DNA from: Toensbergia leucococca | Lineage: Eukaryota | DNA length: 64,000 bases | Reading direction: 5' to 3' | Assembly (NCBI GenBank): GCA_022813965.1 | Contig: JALDZS010000050.1 | Span: 1 to 64,000, forward strand | Part shown: piece after piece, positions 1 to 13,909 of the stretch | Layout of the letters: each line of letters opens with the position of its first letter | Position numbering within the stretch: the first letter of the stretch is position 1 | Position numbers and translations under genes: made by a program | The notes under the pieces: model-generated | The model's input: only the letters and a program-made list of their open reading frames with translations | What the model was told of the DNA's origin: nothing | The model's database searches: none

Positions 1-1119
1 GAGGAGAGCTACAACGGCTGTATCACCTGTGCTAGCGTAAAGGACGTTGATATATCTGGAGATTCTGGGATTTGGGGGGGTATTTGCAAACCAAGTTGTG
101 GTAGTAGGGACAACGTGTTTCATTGAGAAGAGGTTTTGGGTTGATTATTGCCAACAAGGAATGGTGCAGCGGTCTCCTTCGACATCGAATGGGCAGACTT
201 AATCTTCCCAGGTACAGCAGTCCTTGGCTTTCCAAAATGGCCTGCTTTGGTAGCACGTGCAAGTATTTCTTCGCAAAAGCACGCGTCCTTTGCTCTTTGA
301 TATATTCTCCTAGATGTACACCTCTTCATGCCTGTTTCGGGCGCGACTCTCTCGGTTGTCTCGTTGTAGGCTCATCGCATGGTCATTGCAACGCGAGCAA
401 TTGGAAGAGTGGCCCCTGTACGGCAGGTGGACATTTGGCGACCTTGGTGTGGAGCAGGAGCGTGAGGGCCTTATTGAAGACGTTCCCTCGCCTGACTGCA
501 CAACATGATTAGCAAACATGGATACAAGATGCGAGCAGATGAGGAGAACAAGAGCGAGGGAATCGAGGAATGGCACGACACCACTCACCCGGCTGAATAA
601 ATGGCGCCTTACCGAGTGGACAGGGTCACATGTTCCTCCCCGATGTGGTAAGACGGCTGAGCCTACTCGTACATGATGAATAGAAGCTCAGCTCGAGCAA
701 TCTCTTGATGCCAAATGAGAAGTTCACTGACGATTACAGACTCTGTTACGATCCAGGTGGCTCGCTAAGTCTCAACACCTGATCTAGGGCTTGACACGCG
801 CCTAGGCTCACCCGAGGGTACTCGTAGCTGTATGTAAACACCTCATCACCTTTACCTTCCTTCCTTAGTCTTAGTATCCTATGAATAGTATCTCCATGAC
901 TTGACTCTGGGCCTGGTCCTAACAGACTCAACTTTTTTGATTCATCACATATCAGCACTCTTTTCATCCCATATCAGCACTCTTTCTTCGTTCCTAAACT
1001 TAGACACTTTGACAATCTTCCGTTTCTTTCTATCAATTGTCGTAGCCTCTTCAGACTCAGCCGAAGCTCCATCATACATCTACGGTTTGGTTCCACACCT
1101 TGAGCACCATCCAACAGCC

Positions 1120-2388
1120 ATGATGAATCTCCCACCAGAACTTCTGGTCCACTGCCTCAGCTATGTTCCTCTTAAAAAAGACATCGAGAAAATACGCCTA
1201 GTCTCCAAAGTATTTGCAGCCGCCGGGAACCCATTTCTTCTACAACGCATTTACCTCTCATGTTTCGCGGCGGACCTTGAGGTTTTCAACAACGTGATCA
1301 AAGACCCGGTCATGAGTAGATACGTTGACCAAATCATCTGCGATGATACACAATTTTCCTCGATCCATCTGAACCGAAAACCGTGTCATGAATGCTGTTA
1401 TGAATCAGAGCTCAATCATGGTCGTCACGTTACCGATCGAGGCCTTTTTGAAATGAGATACAAGCAGCAGCACGACACCAAACGCCTGAATTTGGATATA
1501 AAGGCCTTGCGTGCTGCAATGAAGAGACTGCCAAACATTTCTACGGTCCTTATTACAGATGAATGCCATCGCGGCGCTCGATGTCCACATTTTTACCAAA
1601 CACCATTCAACCGGCTACCTTCTTATTGCAGGACTCCAGTACCGAAAAAGTGGCCTTGGGATTTGTGGGATCTTCCTGGAGATGTATGGAATCTGCGAAC
1701 CTCGCCATATCGTCAGTTTATCAATTTGATACGAACCTTGTCGATCGTGGAAGTGACGCCAATCAGCGAGATCAGGATATCTGGTAAAGACGTGGGAATC
1801 TCCCATCGATTTTTGTCCGGCTCCCTTGAAAATCTGACATCTTTACGCAACGCCTTCAAAAACCTCACAAGTCTCAGTATCCACATCAATACCCATTACT
1901 CTGAGCCCCAATGGTCAGAAACTATGGAGGCAGGCTCCGTTGGACGAATTTTGTCAGCAGGCACTCTCTTGGAATAAATATGTTTGAGACTCGGTTATCC
2001 CCCCGTTGAGCATTCTTCTCAATGCGATAGTGAGAGACGTTGGCGGCGGGACAATCCATTTTTCAGCATCTCCCAAGGCCTCGGCGATGTTACATGGAGC
2101 TGTCTCCGCAAGCTAAGCCTCCTGCAATTCAATGTAGATTTAACCGGGCTCGAGGGACTGCTGATTCGGCATCAGAGAACACTTGAGAGCGTCACACTGA
2201 ATGATCTCAGAATTGAGGGGGAGGGTTCTTGAGTAGCCCTTTTTGCCGGATTGCGAAAGAATGAGGTCGTTTGGCAGGAGTGTGAGCTCTATTCGCTTCG
2301 AGATCTTAACCCTTTCGACTGGAAGGCGAAAGAAGTGATACACTATTTGAAAGAAGGAGGCCGAAATTCGTTTGAAAGAGATTCCTAA
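1120..2388 (+). pseudogene. Intronless F-box-like protein with in-frame nonsense codons
   Basis: N-terminal MNLPPELLVHCLSYV...IRLVSKVF is F-box-like. The frame continues through TAA (1975-1977) and TGA (2230-2232) with similarity to the intact paralogue at 48333-49595 (GLGDVTWSCLRKLSL vs GFGDLTWCHLRRLAL; EVIHYLKEGGRN vs DVVEYLRSGGKN). Confidence 0.8.
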
Positions 2389-3316
2389 TCTTACATAAGA
2401 GATACAATCATTTGCTAATAATCTGAAGAACAAGCAAAGCTTGAAATTTCATGTGCTGATATTGAATCTGATAATGATGAGGATTATGACTTCATTCACT
2501 GTCTCAGTGTCGTCAAGCAAACGGCAGCATGATCTATTGACTCAGCTCACTAAAACAACAACAACAAGATTTAGTTATACATACAGCAGATCATGAACCT
2601 TGCGCATCTGCAGCAACTAGCAGAGTCCCTTTTATCTCATCAGATATGAACTAAAAGTCAATGCACTACATATTTAGTTGTCATATATTCAACCTCTAAA
2701 AAGTCACATAATTCAGCTCTTAGATTCAAGTGAATTACACACAAACCCTTAAAAAACATCCCTAACATAACTAATACCACCCTCTCAAAAAAAAAAAGAA
2801 AGCGCAAAAACAATCAAAAAACAAATCAGCAAAAAAATCACACTCACACATCAAACTCAACTAAAATCACAACTCAAAACTCATCACACTGTAAACCCCT
2901 CAACTCTCCTCTCTCTCCCTACCTACCTACCTATCTACCCTCCTACCAAACCCAACCCTCAATCAATCAAAACACCACACAACACAAAATCCCTCAAAAA
3001 CAATCACATCAACAAACATCAAACAAACAAATCCCTCAATCTCAAAAACACAATCTTCACAAAACCCTAAAAAAAAAACTCCTCCTCACTCACAAATCAA
3101 GATTCATTTACCTCTTAACGGAGTTCAAATCATGCATACGATCCATGCAATAGATGAACAAGGAGATGGGGGGGGGGGGGTAGAATATGAAAAGAGATAA
3201 ACACTCATTCACCGATAAAAGGGCACGGTAATCTATGAATACCTTACCTACCTAGGTAGATGAGATTGATGAAAACCATCAATGACCGTGCCAGCATAAA
3301 CGCTGTACTCCAAACT

Positions 3317-3346
3317 GAAGAAGAAGAAGAAGAAGAAGAAGAAGAA
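3317..3346 (+). repeat. (GAA)10 microsatellite
   Basis: Directly visible. Confidence 0.95.
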
Positions 3347-3805
3347 CAAGTTAAATCGCCCCTCAAAAAGCCCCGCCTCCACAAGTAGGTAGTGCAGAGA
3401 CACAGGATCCTAGCACATTTTTACATTCGGCCGTTGTGACCTCCCCGGTCGATACCATGATGGGCTGATCACGGGAGAGTACTCGTAGAGAGGAAAGATG
3501 GTGAGATCATGCATGAGTATCCGTAATTGAGCTGTATAACCAAATAACGTAGGCAATTAGGATGGGTTGAAAGAATCTTTGTATTATGACAAGGACGAAA
3601 AACAGGAAGGTATGCTATATATACACAACGGTACATTAAACATTCCCACCAACAGGTGCTTTCTATCCTGATAATGCATCATCCCATAGCACCAATGACA
3701 ATGCACTCTTCCTTCAAACACAACCGCCATACTTTGAGATGCGTCAAGTCCATCCTTTTTTGTAGCCAGTGTCGAAGCGATATCCCGAAATTCCAAATCC
3801 AAAAC

Positions 3806-4546
3806 TCAACAAATCGACTCCGGGTTGAATAGAAGGGTAACACACATCATGCCCTTGAAAATCGCCGAAAGCAATAGAGCCGAAGCCGGTGTGACATAGT
3901 GATATGCGATTCCGATTGCGCCGGCAAAGCTTCCGAGTAACATGCAGCCAATGAAGATTATACGCCGATTTCGAGGTCTATTCTTGGCGCAGAAGAGTTC
4001 AGGGTCAACGCCCAGGTCGATGTATGCTGAAGTTACCATGGCCGTCGTGATCTCTGGTATGTTGACAGTCCGGGCAAACGCCACCTGACCGCCGGAAGCG
4101 AATGCCAGAAGGGCGATGATACCCAGATCGAGGGATTTGTTTGGGACGTGGTCGGTTCGCATGTGTAGACAAGCGGCGGCTAGTACAAAGAGCGTCTGAA
4201 AGACGTTGGTTGACAATAACCAGATGCGTTTTCGACATCCTATCCTGTTTCCCAGCTGGCCGCAGAGAGTCCCGCCTGCTACAAAAGCTGATAGACTCAC
4301 GGCACAATGCGGCAAGCTAACAATTCCTCCTCCAATACCTAGGGCGCCAACGGCCAAGAGTGCAGTGTTCCCGGTTTGGTTAGAGGCGAAGACATGATAT
4401 TCTGGAAAGGTGATGACATCTAGGATTCCCGTGGCAAAGGCAAGCATCAGAAGTTCCATCTCCAGGAAAATGTCAACAGCAACGTTGGCGAGGAGGTATG
4501 CCCTGTAAGATTTCCAGCGCCGACGGAAGTAACGCTGTAAGGCCAT
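3806..4546 (-). CDS. DUF1275 (YoaK-like) multi-pass membrane protein
   Basis: 246-aa intronless ORF with ATGILDVITF, FASNQTGNT and TTAMVTSAYIDL motifs and several hydrophobic helices. Confidence 0.85.
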   Translation of the reverse strand: MALQRYFRRRWKSYRAYLLANVAVDIFLEMELLMLAFATGILDVITFPEYHVFASNQTGNTALLAVGALGIGGGIVSLPHCAVSLSAFVAGGTLCGQLGNRIGCRKRIWLLSTNVFQTLFVLAAACLHMRTDHVPNKSLDLGIIALLAFASGGQVAFARTVNIPEITTAMVTSAYIDLGVDPELFCAKNRPRNRRIIFIGCMLLGSFAGAIGIAYHYVTPASALLLSAIFKGMMCVTLLFNPESIC

Positions 4547-5403
4547 TGTAAGGAGACAATATTCCGTGCAACACAGTCAAGTTTTGAAGAAATGCCGAGC
4601 ATACCACCACCAGGACTCGCAGGACTTGGTGGCCTTTTGCCGGCCTTGTCGTAAAGGAAGCATGGCACGCAAAGTTTTAACTTATTGGACCCCTTGAATG
4701 ATATAGTGTTTCGAAAATTCCGTCATCGACAAGTGTCAACGTTGGATAGGTACTTGATCCTTGTCTAGATCTCCCATACGCGTGTAGCCAGGTACCGAAT
4801 GCCATCAAGAACGGTCATTAAAGGCCTGCCCTTGGTGTCGGGAGTAGCATAGTAGCATAGCTGGCACCGGCTTCGACTTTACCATGATATTCCTGGCAAG
4901 CTGGTGCATTGACTTGATGCGTTCGATTCATCTTCCGTGTGGTTCTGTGTACACGCGACGGGAGGCAAGATTGAATAGCTTCAGGCGTCGGAAGGTTGGA
5001 TGACTAATGGTTTGTCGCCATGGCGAGGAAGTAGGGTCGTGCGGTAGTGAATGGAAGAAGGCCAAGCCACTTCTCCGACGCAGAGACGGTGGCGAAGTCG
5101 TCCGAGCATCACAAGTCTTAGGCTGTTTTACACGCCAGTGCGAGCAGAAGTCTCCATATCTTCCAGGCCTAGGCTCTAGAAAGCTTCGAAAATTTTGGAT
5201 TTTGCGGGGTAGCGCCAATATCTGTTTCAAGACCAGCAGCACATACCCGAAGAGCCGCTCAAGCATGGCTTTATGCTTCCTGGATCGACTGTGCCGAAGA
5301 TCAATGTATCCCCGAGGATGACGCATATCTTAATAAAAGATTGCATAGCTTCAACCAACGAAAACGGTCATTTTGTAGAAGTAAAGCCAATCACGCAATA
5401 CCG

Positions 5404-8145
5404 TCATCCCGGCCATTTCTCTTCAACATGCTCCGTCGTCGGTAAATCCGATGCTCTCTTACTTCTCCTTACGACCGATTCTAAGACTTTGCTTGTTCGG
5501 CTTGTTGACTGCCCTGTTGGAAGTGCACTATCTTCATGGACAGGATCCACTTGCTTTTTCGCGTCTGGGACGAGACTAAGATAGACTGGGAACAGCGCAC
5601 CAAATGCGTACACCGCAACAACAACGCAGAACGAGTATGGCATACTTTTGCTGGTCGAGACAGGAGTCATTATGACTGGTATTATGGCGCCTCCAGATGT
5701 AGCAGCAGTCAGAAATATTGAGCCATTCTTCGTGCTTCTGCCTAACCCACGAAGAGAGATGGCAAAGGTCAAGGGAAATACACCCGACTTTGACAGTCAG
5801 TATGCGCTGAAAGCTATAGGATGAGATCATACCTCAAAGAAAAGTAAAGTGACAATCATGGCTATGCCAGCATAACCTGTAAGACTCATAGCAAGAGCAG
5901 CTGTGATGATCAGGCCAACGAATAAAAGTAACAGGATTCGTCGTGGTTTGACATATAGATCGGCAAACGCACACATAAAACGACCGACGGCGAAAGCAGT
6001 ATGCCCAACCACTTGAAAATTAAATGGACCGATATTAGAACTATGCTATTAGTCACAAGTACATGAATCATGTTTTTGGGGTACTTACTTTGGTTTGACA
6101 TGGGCAACGTATTTCTGATAATTCCCAGCCACAGCTTCTTGGCCACCAACGTAACAAAATTGTGAAAAGACGCCAAAGGCCAAGGTGATATAGACAACCG
6201 GTACACCCCAAAATTTCTTCGTATTGATCACACTTCGATTTTCGGCCACGTCTTCTAGATCTTCGTCAGACGCCTCTGGGATGGGAAGATAATAGAATGC
6301 AACAGCAAGAAGAACATCGAATAGAGCAATGCCCAAATATGCCCATTGAACATCGATAAGTGACGGCGCATTCAAGACACTTTTGAATAGGACCTTTTTT
6401 GCCAAAAGCGGTGATACAACACTACCAATGGCTTGAATACCTTGTGATACATTGAGACGCATTTCCGCATACTCTGGTGGTCCACATATTGATACAAAAA
6501 GATTCGCTCCCACTTCGACAGTTGATAGACCGAGCCCGACGATGAAATTCGAGATTAGAAAAGCCGGGAATGAAGTGAGAACAGCGGATGGCCAGAAAAT
6601 GAGGGTACCACAGCCGTAAACACATAATCCGGTGATGAAGGTTGATTTGAATCCCCACTTCTTGAGGATGAAGCCACCAACTGTGAGCGGGCCGAAAAAA
6701 TAACCTCCGAAATATGCAGAGTGAAGTGCAAGGGACTGTCCAGTACTCATTTTTACAACAAGCTCGAATTGTGAATTCAATACATCCAACAGTCCGTACG
6801 CGAAACCCCATAGAAAAAACAGAATTGTCACCAAGGCCACGGGGTAAAGAGATTCCTTGACGTTCATCTTGACCATACTTTTGGGTTTCTTCATGTTAAC
6901 AAAGTCGAAGAATGTTGGACTTGCCACCCGTGACTTTGTTCTGGTTCTAGCAGCGGTTATTGTGGTCTGAGTTCTCGTCACTGCATGCGTAATCTCTCGA
7001 GTCATATCAGGCATGGTGAGGAAATCCATCATACCCATGTGGTCTTTTTCTCCGTCAAAAGCAGTATGTTGTGGTTTTGTAGGGCTAGTAGGAGCCGATG
7101 GGTAGGCAGCATCGGAAGTCTCGTCGAAGCTTGCTAGAGATTGGTCGACATCGGATGAGTCCCGGAGTAGATTAGGAAGTAGTTTCGATACCAATGGTTT
7201 AAGTGCTGGTACACAGGCACATATGATTCCAACGTGTACTTCAATGGCTGACCACATGAAGGATAAAGATGCATACCAGGAAAAGTCGTCTTGTTCGATG
7301 ATACGAGATCCCGTAGAATTTGTCGTACCAACAGCCTGCAATCTCGCCAGAGAAGCTGACTCCAGATATCCTATCCTCGCCACATCAACAACAGCGACGA
7401 AAAGACCAAAACTAAATGTAATGACCAGAACAATCTTCTCCTTTCGTGGCAACCGCATAGCAGTAAGTATAGGCATAGGTAGGAATAAGATGGCTAGATC
7501 TGTGACGATGTTGACTGGAGCTGATGATAGGTACAAGGTAACAATATCCGTGCAAGTGGCTGTAGACGATAGAGGAAGCTGAAAAGCTGCGCCTATGGGG
7601 TGGCATTGAAAGATGTTGAGAAGGGTCAGGGCGATGCCAGCCGCGTTGACGACGATAAGAGTAGCTACCGTCAGCCATTTGTATACCTGTTGATTCTTTG
7701 ATAGCGAAAGGTAGAATACGAGGATTGAAGTCTTGGTGGCCATCAAAGCGGGATTCTATCATAATCAGACATTGCCTCTTTCAAGTGAGTAGAGTCAGTG
7801 CGTACATATAGAACAGAGAAGGCATATTCGGCTTTCTTGAGTGCATTCCTCCGTTCTGGCTTCACGTCATTCTCGTGTAGACCGAGTCCAAGATGTGTTC
7901 CCCAGCATATGGAGAATGAGAAACCAAATGCAATGAGCTAGGATAGGTCAGTCGCGGTCAAGTAATTTGTGTGCTTTACCAACCCATGCCAGGACGATGA
8001 AATAGTCATCCCAGGAAACTTTTCTCACAACACCGGCACGAGAGATAAGCCTGGTGAAGACAAAGACGAACGAGACAACCAGGAAACCTATGGCAACGGC
8101 GAGTACGACAGGTCCACGGTTTGGGATAGTCGAAGAGCCCTCCAT
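5404..8145 (-). CDS. Fusion of a PTH11-like (fungal rhodopsin-domain) 7-TM protein and a FucP/glucose-galactose MFS transporter (spliced)
   Basis: ATG 8145 (MEGSSTIPNRGP...WDDYFIVLAW). The 553-aa exon 6085-7746 contains both PTH11 motifs (NIVTDLAILFLPMP, WSAIEVHVGIICACVPALKP) and FHS-family MFS motifs (LFFLWGFAYGLLDVLN, RLNVSQGIQAIGSV, FSQFCYVGGQ). GT-AG introns join the last MFS helices. Confidence 0.85.
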
Positions 8146-8829
8146 TTTTGGTCCGGTATCAGGGTCCTTCAGAGGATCATTGTGTCCAAAACTTCCATGA
8201 CCAGAGGCCTCCCACACGAGAGGCGAAGTCTCTATGGGGTCGTAATGGATATGATGGTCCGGAAGGCAGAGGGAGATGATGAGTTGACGACAACCTCTTC
8301 GCCATTATTATCGCCCCAGCGGCTCGTTGGGGCACATCGGGCAGTCCGTAAGATGCGAATCGGGGCGAGTCGTGACCAAAAGCTTAGTTGGGTAAAAGTT
8401 GCTGAGCTTTCACCATACCTGCTTAGGTGGATGGGGTAAACGGACGATTGTTCAAGCAGCGAGACAGTAGCAAAGCCTATTTGTGGTCCATCTGGGGCTA
8501 AATTGTGGGGTAAGAGGAACGACACAGGGAAGATGATGCAATTCCCTGCCACCACGTCGGGAGGTCGGCTGTTCGGATCTACCTAGACACCTAGACTGAT
8601 TTTTTTTCTTTTGGTGGCTCGCTGGTTTAACAAGATAGACTTGCCCTTATCAACTACCTGCAAGTCAACCCTACCCCGCACACTATAGACATCCTCAATC
8701 TTGTCCACACTCATCATGCCTACCCGTCTGTAACCCTGCCTGTTCTGATTCTTCTCATCTAATCATTTACGCCACTCATCCCAAATCCATCTTCAGTCTT
8801 ACTCAACCCGACTTTGAATATTTTCTTCG

Positions 8830-9950
8830 CGGAATTCCACCCACTGCACTTCCAAATCTAACATGTTACGAGTACTTATACTAGTTAGCTGCTTCTTCAA
8901 GAGTCTCTCCGTAAGTCTCTACTGCATAGACTTGTCTAGATTAAATTCGCTTGCCGAAGTGATGGATGGCGTGAAATAAAAGCAATCAGAAAGTTCCATG
9001 TCCAATTAGGAGTCCCAATTACCCGTGAACGCGCCCAAACCATAGGCCCCTAGGTACTAGCAAAGCCATCAATAGACTAAAGGCATAAATGATCATTGCT
9101 GTTCCAGCCTTGGATGTGCTGGCAGGTTCTGCTTGATCTTGTACAATGTGACGCATATGTGCGAACAATAAGAAGCACAGCAGAAGTAAGAACATTCGCA
9201 GTCTAAACCGATCAATTAACCATAGACCAGGAAAAGTACATACCACGTTGACCATTCCCAACATCATCTGTGCAATGAAGTTGTTGCTTACCCCAGTGGC
9301 GGCGAGGATACTTGTACCTTAGTTTGAAGATCAGTCTGGAGGGCGGTATTGGTAGGAGTGAGCTTGAGGAAAGTGCAGAAGATGTTCACTCCTGTCAGCT
9401 CCCAGAAGGCCCTTTCGCTCTTGATTAGCTTTAAAGTAGTATACATATATAGAATGATACCTACCTGAAGTGCAACTCCCAATACAGTCCGATAGCACAT
9501 CCATGGACCAACGAAAAGTACCCACCACTCCTCCTCACCGCATTCTGCGTCAGGGGCTTCGTGCATCTCTTCAAGCTCCCGAGCCACCTCAGATTCACCA
9601 AGTCATATCACCATTTCCCTTCTGGCTTCCTTCACACAACCCCTTTTTTGAGTTTTTTGGACTTTCCGGGAAGAATAGTAAATAAACCAAACGCAAGATT
9701 CAATACCCACAGCAGATTGATGCTCATAGGATAAGGCCAAGGAGCAGAAACCTGAAAAGCTCTCAGTTTCAAGGTCGATGATGCATGCGATTAGGATCCC
9801 TAATGTAATGTAATGGACAGCTGGTAGCAATTTTTGGCATCAGACAGCAGTTTTAGCAGTCTTGATCGAGGTTTTAACGAGAAATGGTTCCGCATACATG
9901 ACTAGGTACTGACTTGCATTAAAATACGTACGACTGGAAAGAAGAGACAA
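8830..9950 (-). pseudogene. Degenerate sugar-porter (HXT-like) transporter remnant
   Basis: Fragments in changing frames: LFFPESPK (~9654-9677), YRTVLGVALQ, ELTGVNIF, VNVVCTFPGLWLIDRF, AGTAMII and a WKCSGW-like tail, with many stops and frameshifts. Ends are approximate. Confidence 0.75.
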
Positions 9951-10814
9951 GCATGAGATAGAGCCAAGAACTTCTGTTTCTCCTCAACAATAGAAGCAGG
10001 ACCAGGTTGAACGTGGCTCGGGCATTTGGGAGCAACTCGAGTAACAGGTAAAAGCTAATGAGACTGAAAAGAGACTTGAAAGCATTGAATGATTCCTTGA
10101 GTCGGTGCCGATTTCAGTTTCTAATCGTTGCGCATATCAGTATATCCGTATGTAAGGTACCTACTTGATATTTCCATATAACTCTTGCGTCAGTCGAGTT
10201 GGCCCGATGCTTCTAGCTCCGGCACTTGAAAGCTAAATAAATACCTCAGCAGCTCAGGTAGAATATGCATTGACGTCACAAGGTGGGCTCGTCCACCAAT
10301 CACTATTTTTTGGAGGAGCAACAACGGCAACGGCATCGAGGTGAAAGAGAGTGGATAAGTGGACATTGAATACCTACTCGTAAAGGAATAGAGTGATAAG
10401 GCCCCCTTCTGCACCACGCTTGGGAAGGTCTCTCACTCCTCGAGTCTTTGTCGAATTGGATGGGACTACTCCAGAACCAGATTAGACTGTTGATCATGGA
10501 GATCTTGAACATGCTATTTGGAATAAAATGCCGTCTCTCCGTGCAAAGGCCAAAACATTTCTCGTGCTCATCTGTGAAATTGAAACCCGGTTCTCGGCTT
10601 GGACGCTTCAGGCTTGCCGGTCCCTCAGTTCAAACTGCAAATTTATCCCTTCTCCTACAGAGGTTTTAATTCTTTCCATAGGCATGATGGCTTCCCCTCC
10701 CTCGTTCATAATAGTCATTGCCTTAATTGTGCTGACAAACAAGTCTTGATCATCTCGCAAAGAAGAAGCCAAACAACCTCGGTCTTCACGTCAAGAGAGC
10801 TTCTCTCCAGCAAC

Positions 10815-13142
10815 ATGCGCCCAATTCGGCCAAAAGAAGAACAGGAGGATTCGCCTCCCAATCTCAATGCAGTTCCAGAGTCGAGATCTTCTAAAAGGAG
10901 ATGCGTTTCGAGTGCATGTATACCCTGCCGCAAACGTAAATCAAAGGTGCATTGTCCGATTGATCCAAACCTTCACTGGCTAATTGTCCAAGTGCGATGG
11001 TGGAGTACCTTCGTGTTCGACATGTACCGCTGTCTATCATACTGAGTGCGTATATGATATCGATAGCGATCATAGGCGGAAGGCTGCTTTGAAAAGAGAT
11101 ATCGCAACCTTGAGGGAACGCAACGGAGCTCTGGGTGTCATAGTCGCGTCAATTCGAACTTCAACCGATTCCGAGGTGGCCGATATTGTTCAGCAGATAC
11201 GGGCTGATGAGAATCTGGAAGCTATTGCCGACTCCATCAACAAGAACATGACTCTGCCCTGTCGTTCAAACTCGCATACCCTCGAAGGAGACCTTTCGGA
11301 CGTCATGGGTAAACGTACTTTGGACGGATCCGGGGAGACAAGACACTTTGGACATACCTCTAGCTTAGGATTGGTATCGGACGGCGAACAACTGTCTCGA
11401 AACTACACTGTATCAAATGCATGGACCACAGTCACTCGGGACACTGGCTTCGTTGGACATCTGATGGAATTGTATTTTTGCTGGCAACATCCTTTTTATG
11501 TCGTGCTGTCAAAAGAATGCTTCGTCCATGACATGTCCAAAGGCCGTAGTAAATATTGCAGTCCACTTCTGGTGAATGCCTTGCTCGCTATCGCATGCGG
11601 ATTTTCCGATCGTCCTGAAGCTCGAATGAACCCATTGAAACCAAAGACTGTAGGGGATCATTTCTTCGCCGAGGCCAGGAGGCTTTTGTTTGAAGATGAA
11701 CATTCATCTTTGACAACAGTACAAGCATTAGCGCTCATGGGTCTCCGAGAAGCAAGCTGTGGACGAGATAGCAATGGCTTTCAGTATGCTGGTAGATGTA
11801 TACGAATGGCTCTAGAACTTGGACTGCATCTTTCCTTTACCGCCGAAGACCTCACACCGACGGAGATTGAGGTTCGTAAAATCACCTTTTGGGGTTGCTT
11901 CACTCTGGATACGTAAGTGGGAGTCCTCTTTTTCCTTACTATCGACTAAGACGAATTAGTGCATGGTCAATATGTATTGGCAGGATATCCCAATTACCTC
12001 GAGCGGCCATAAGTCTTGACAAGCCAACCATTGTTGGTCAATTAGAAGCAAAGCCTTGGAAGCCGTACAATGATTCCGACATTTCCACCATCGAACAGCC
12101 CAGCAATATACATTCAATCCTTCATCACTTCAGCCTCATTTCTGAAATTGTCAATGATACCATCTTCATGTGTTATGCCCCACGAGAAAGATTCACCAGT
12201 AAGAAACTTCTCGACTTTCACTCTAGGTACTCTCGATGGTATAAGGAATTGCCCACAAGCCTACAGTTGACTGGTCCAACACCGTTACCTCAGTTGATTG
12301 CATTACAGTGGGTCTTTCTTTGTCTCACATTCAACCCAACTGACAAGTATAGCATGTATTACCATACCGTACAGCTTCATCTTTTCCGTCCTTTCCTCAA
12401 GGTAGATCTTACAGAATCTTCCATCTGTCCTAGGGGTATCTGCATTTCTTCCGCGGAAAGTATATCATTGCTTGCATCCGAGTACAGAAGACTATATGGT
12501 TTCCGTCGGGTGTGTCTTCTTGTTCCCCACATGATCTTGTCGGCGAGCATTATTCATATCTTGGATCTTCCAAAACCGTCAGCATCGCAACACCTGGTAC
12601 AAGGAATGGAGGACCTCCATGAAATGTCGACTAACCATGCATTTGCGAATCGTTGTCTTCGAATCATCATTGGCCTGGGCGACAAATGGGGTATTCAAAT
12701 TCCAATAGACGTCATCACTATTGCTGATGAGCTTACGCCGGAAGCAAGCTTTTCCATTACTCCAACCTCCGATGTACCAATCGGAGACGCGCAGGTAGAT
12801 AATCAGGATATGACGAGTCCATTCTGTTCTCCACCACAGAGCAACACTGTTCAGCAATATCATCCACTGCAAAAAGAGTCTATTGACTCCATGCTGATGC
12901 CAAGTTCAGACTTTATGACAAGATTATCTGCTAATCCACCGGATTTCTTCTGGTCCCCATTTCCAGATCTTGGCTACCCACTTCAAGCGACGCAAGAGCG
13001 AGGCCCGATGGACATTGCTGCAATGTTGGATGTACGAAATGACGACTGGGACCAATTCAACCGAGATGGCTTCAGAATAGCAACGCCTGATGAGCCGGCA
13101 TATCGACATCACCATGCGTACAATAATTGGGTGCAGGATTGA
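10815..13142 (+). CDS. Zn(II)2Cys6 transcription factor, NirA-like, with fungal-specific TF middle domain (3 introns)
   Basis: KRRCVSSACIPCRKRKSK|CDGGVPSCSTCTAVYHTECVYD..SDHRRK binuclear cluster resembling A. nidulans NirA; YFCWQHP, SPLLVNALLA and RKITFWGCF middle-homology motifs. Confidence 0.85.
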
Positions 13143-13865
13143 AATACTTCAGATAGGGCTCTAAAAACTATTTGTCAATTATCATCTCGAAAAGAGACGC
13201 TCATCTTAACCAAACAAGGGACGTTCAACGACCAGGAGGTTGTGCGTTGAACGACAGAGTGTGATGACACTCGGCAACAAGAAGCGGACTGGGTGGGTAA
13301 GACATTTGTTATAGGCCATTGAGAGGAGCATTTTGTTTCAGCAATCGAGCAAACGACCATAGGCGGAAATGAGTATTTACTCGGATTTTGTGGTTCGCGG
13401 GTCCACAATCATAAGGTAGCCTTAAGAGACGACAAGAAGATCTGCCTGACTCGTCGGCGTATCTTCTGAAGAACCTCCATGAATTTGGATCCCTCAGGTT
13501 AGGTACTCCCTCGGCTTCGATGGTTGGCGGTGCATTGTCGATACTCAGATCATCAGCTCTCAAGTCCGATTTAGGTCCGATAAGGAGGAGGGAGAAAGAA
13601 AAAGGCGGGCATTAGGGATGGTCAAAAGAGTGTTGATATGATTAAAGCACTTTTAGAATCCGGCCCAAATGTGGAGAGGGGCAAGAAAGATATTGCTTTT
13701 GTTAATTACGTAGAAGTGCTTCTTTGGCACCTACTTACACATAAGATTCCCCTTGTTCATACCGTTGTGTTATGAGCAGGTACTCGTATGAGTCTTAGAT
13801 ACAAGTACGAGTAAGTATTTTCTCCATCATGTGATACCTTATGGACCACTAACCTGGATTAGAAT

Positions 13866-13909
13866 AATAGAATACGAATCCGGAGTATAAATGATACTCG
13901 TATTCTATT
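13866..13909. repeat. 12-bp perfect inverted repeat upstream of the monooxygenase
   Basis: AATAGAATACGA (13866-13877) and TCGTATTCTATT (13898-13909). Confidence 0.8.

Noticed and set aside
1..600. Possible gene tail at the window start
   Set aside because: All frames are short with no recognisable motif.
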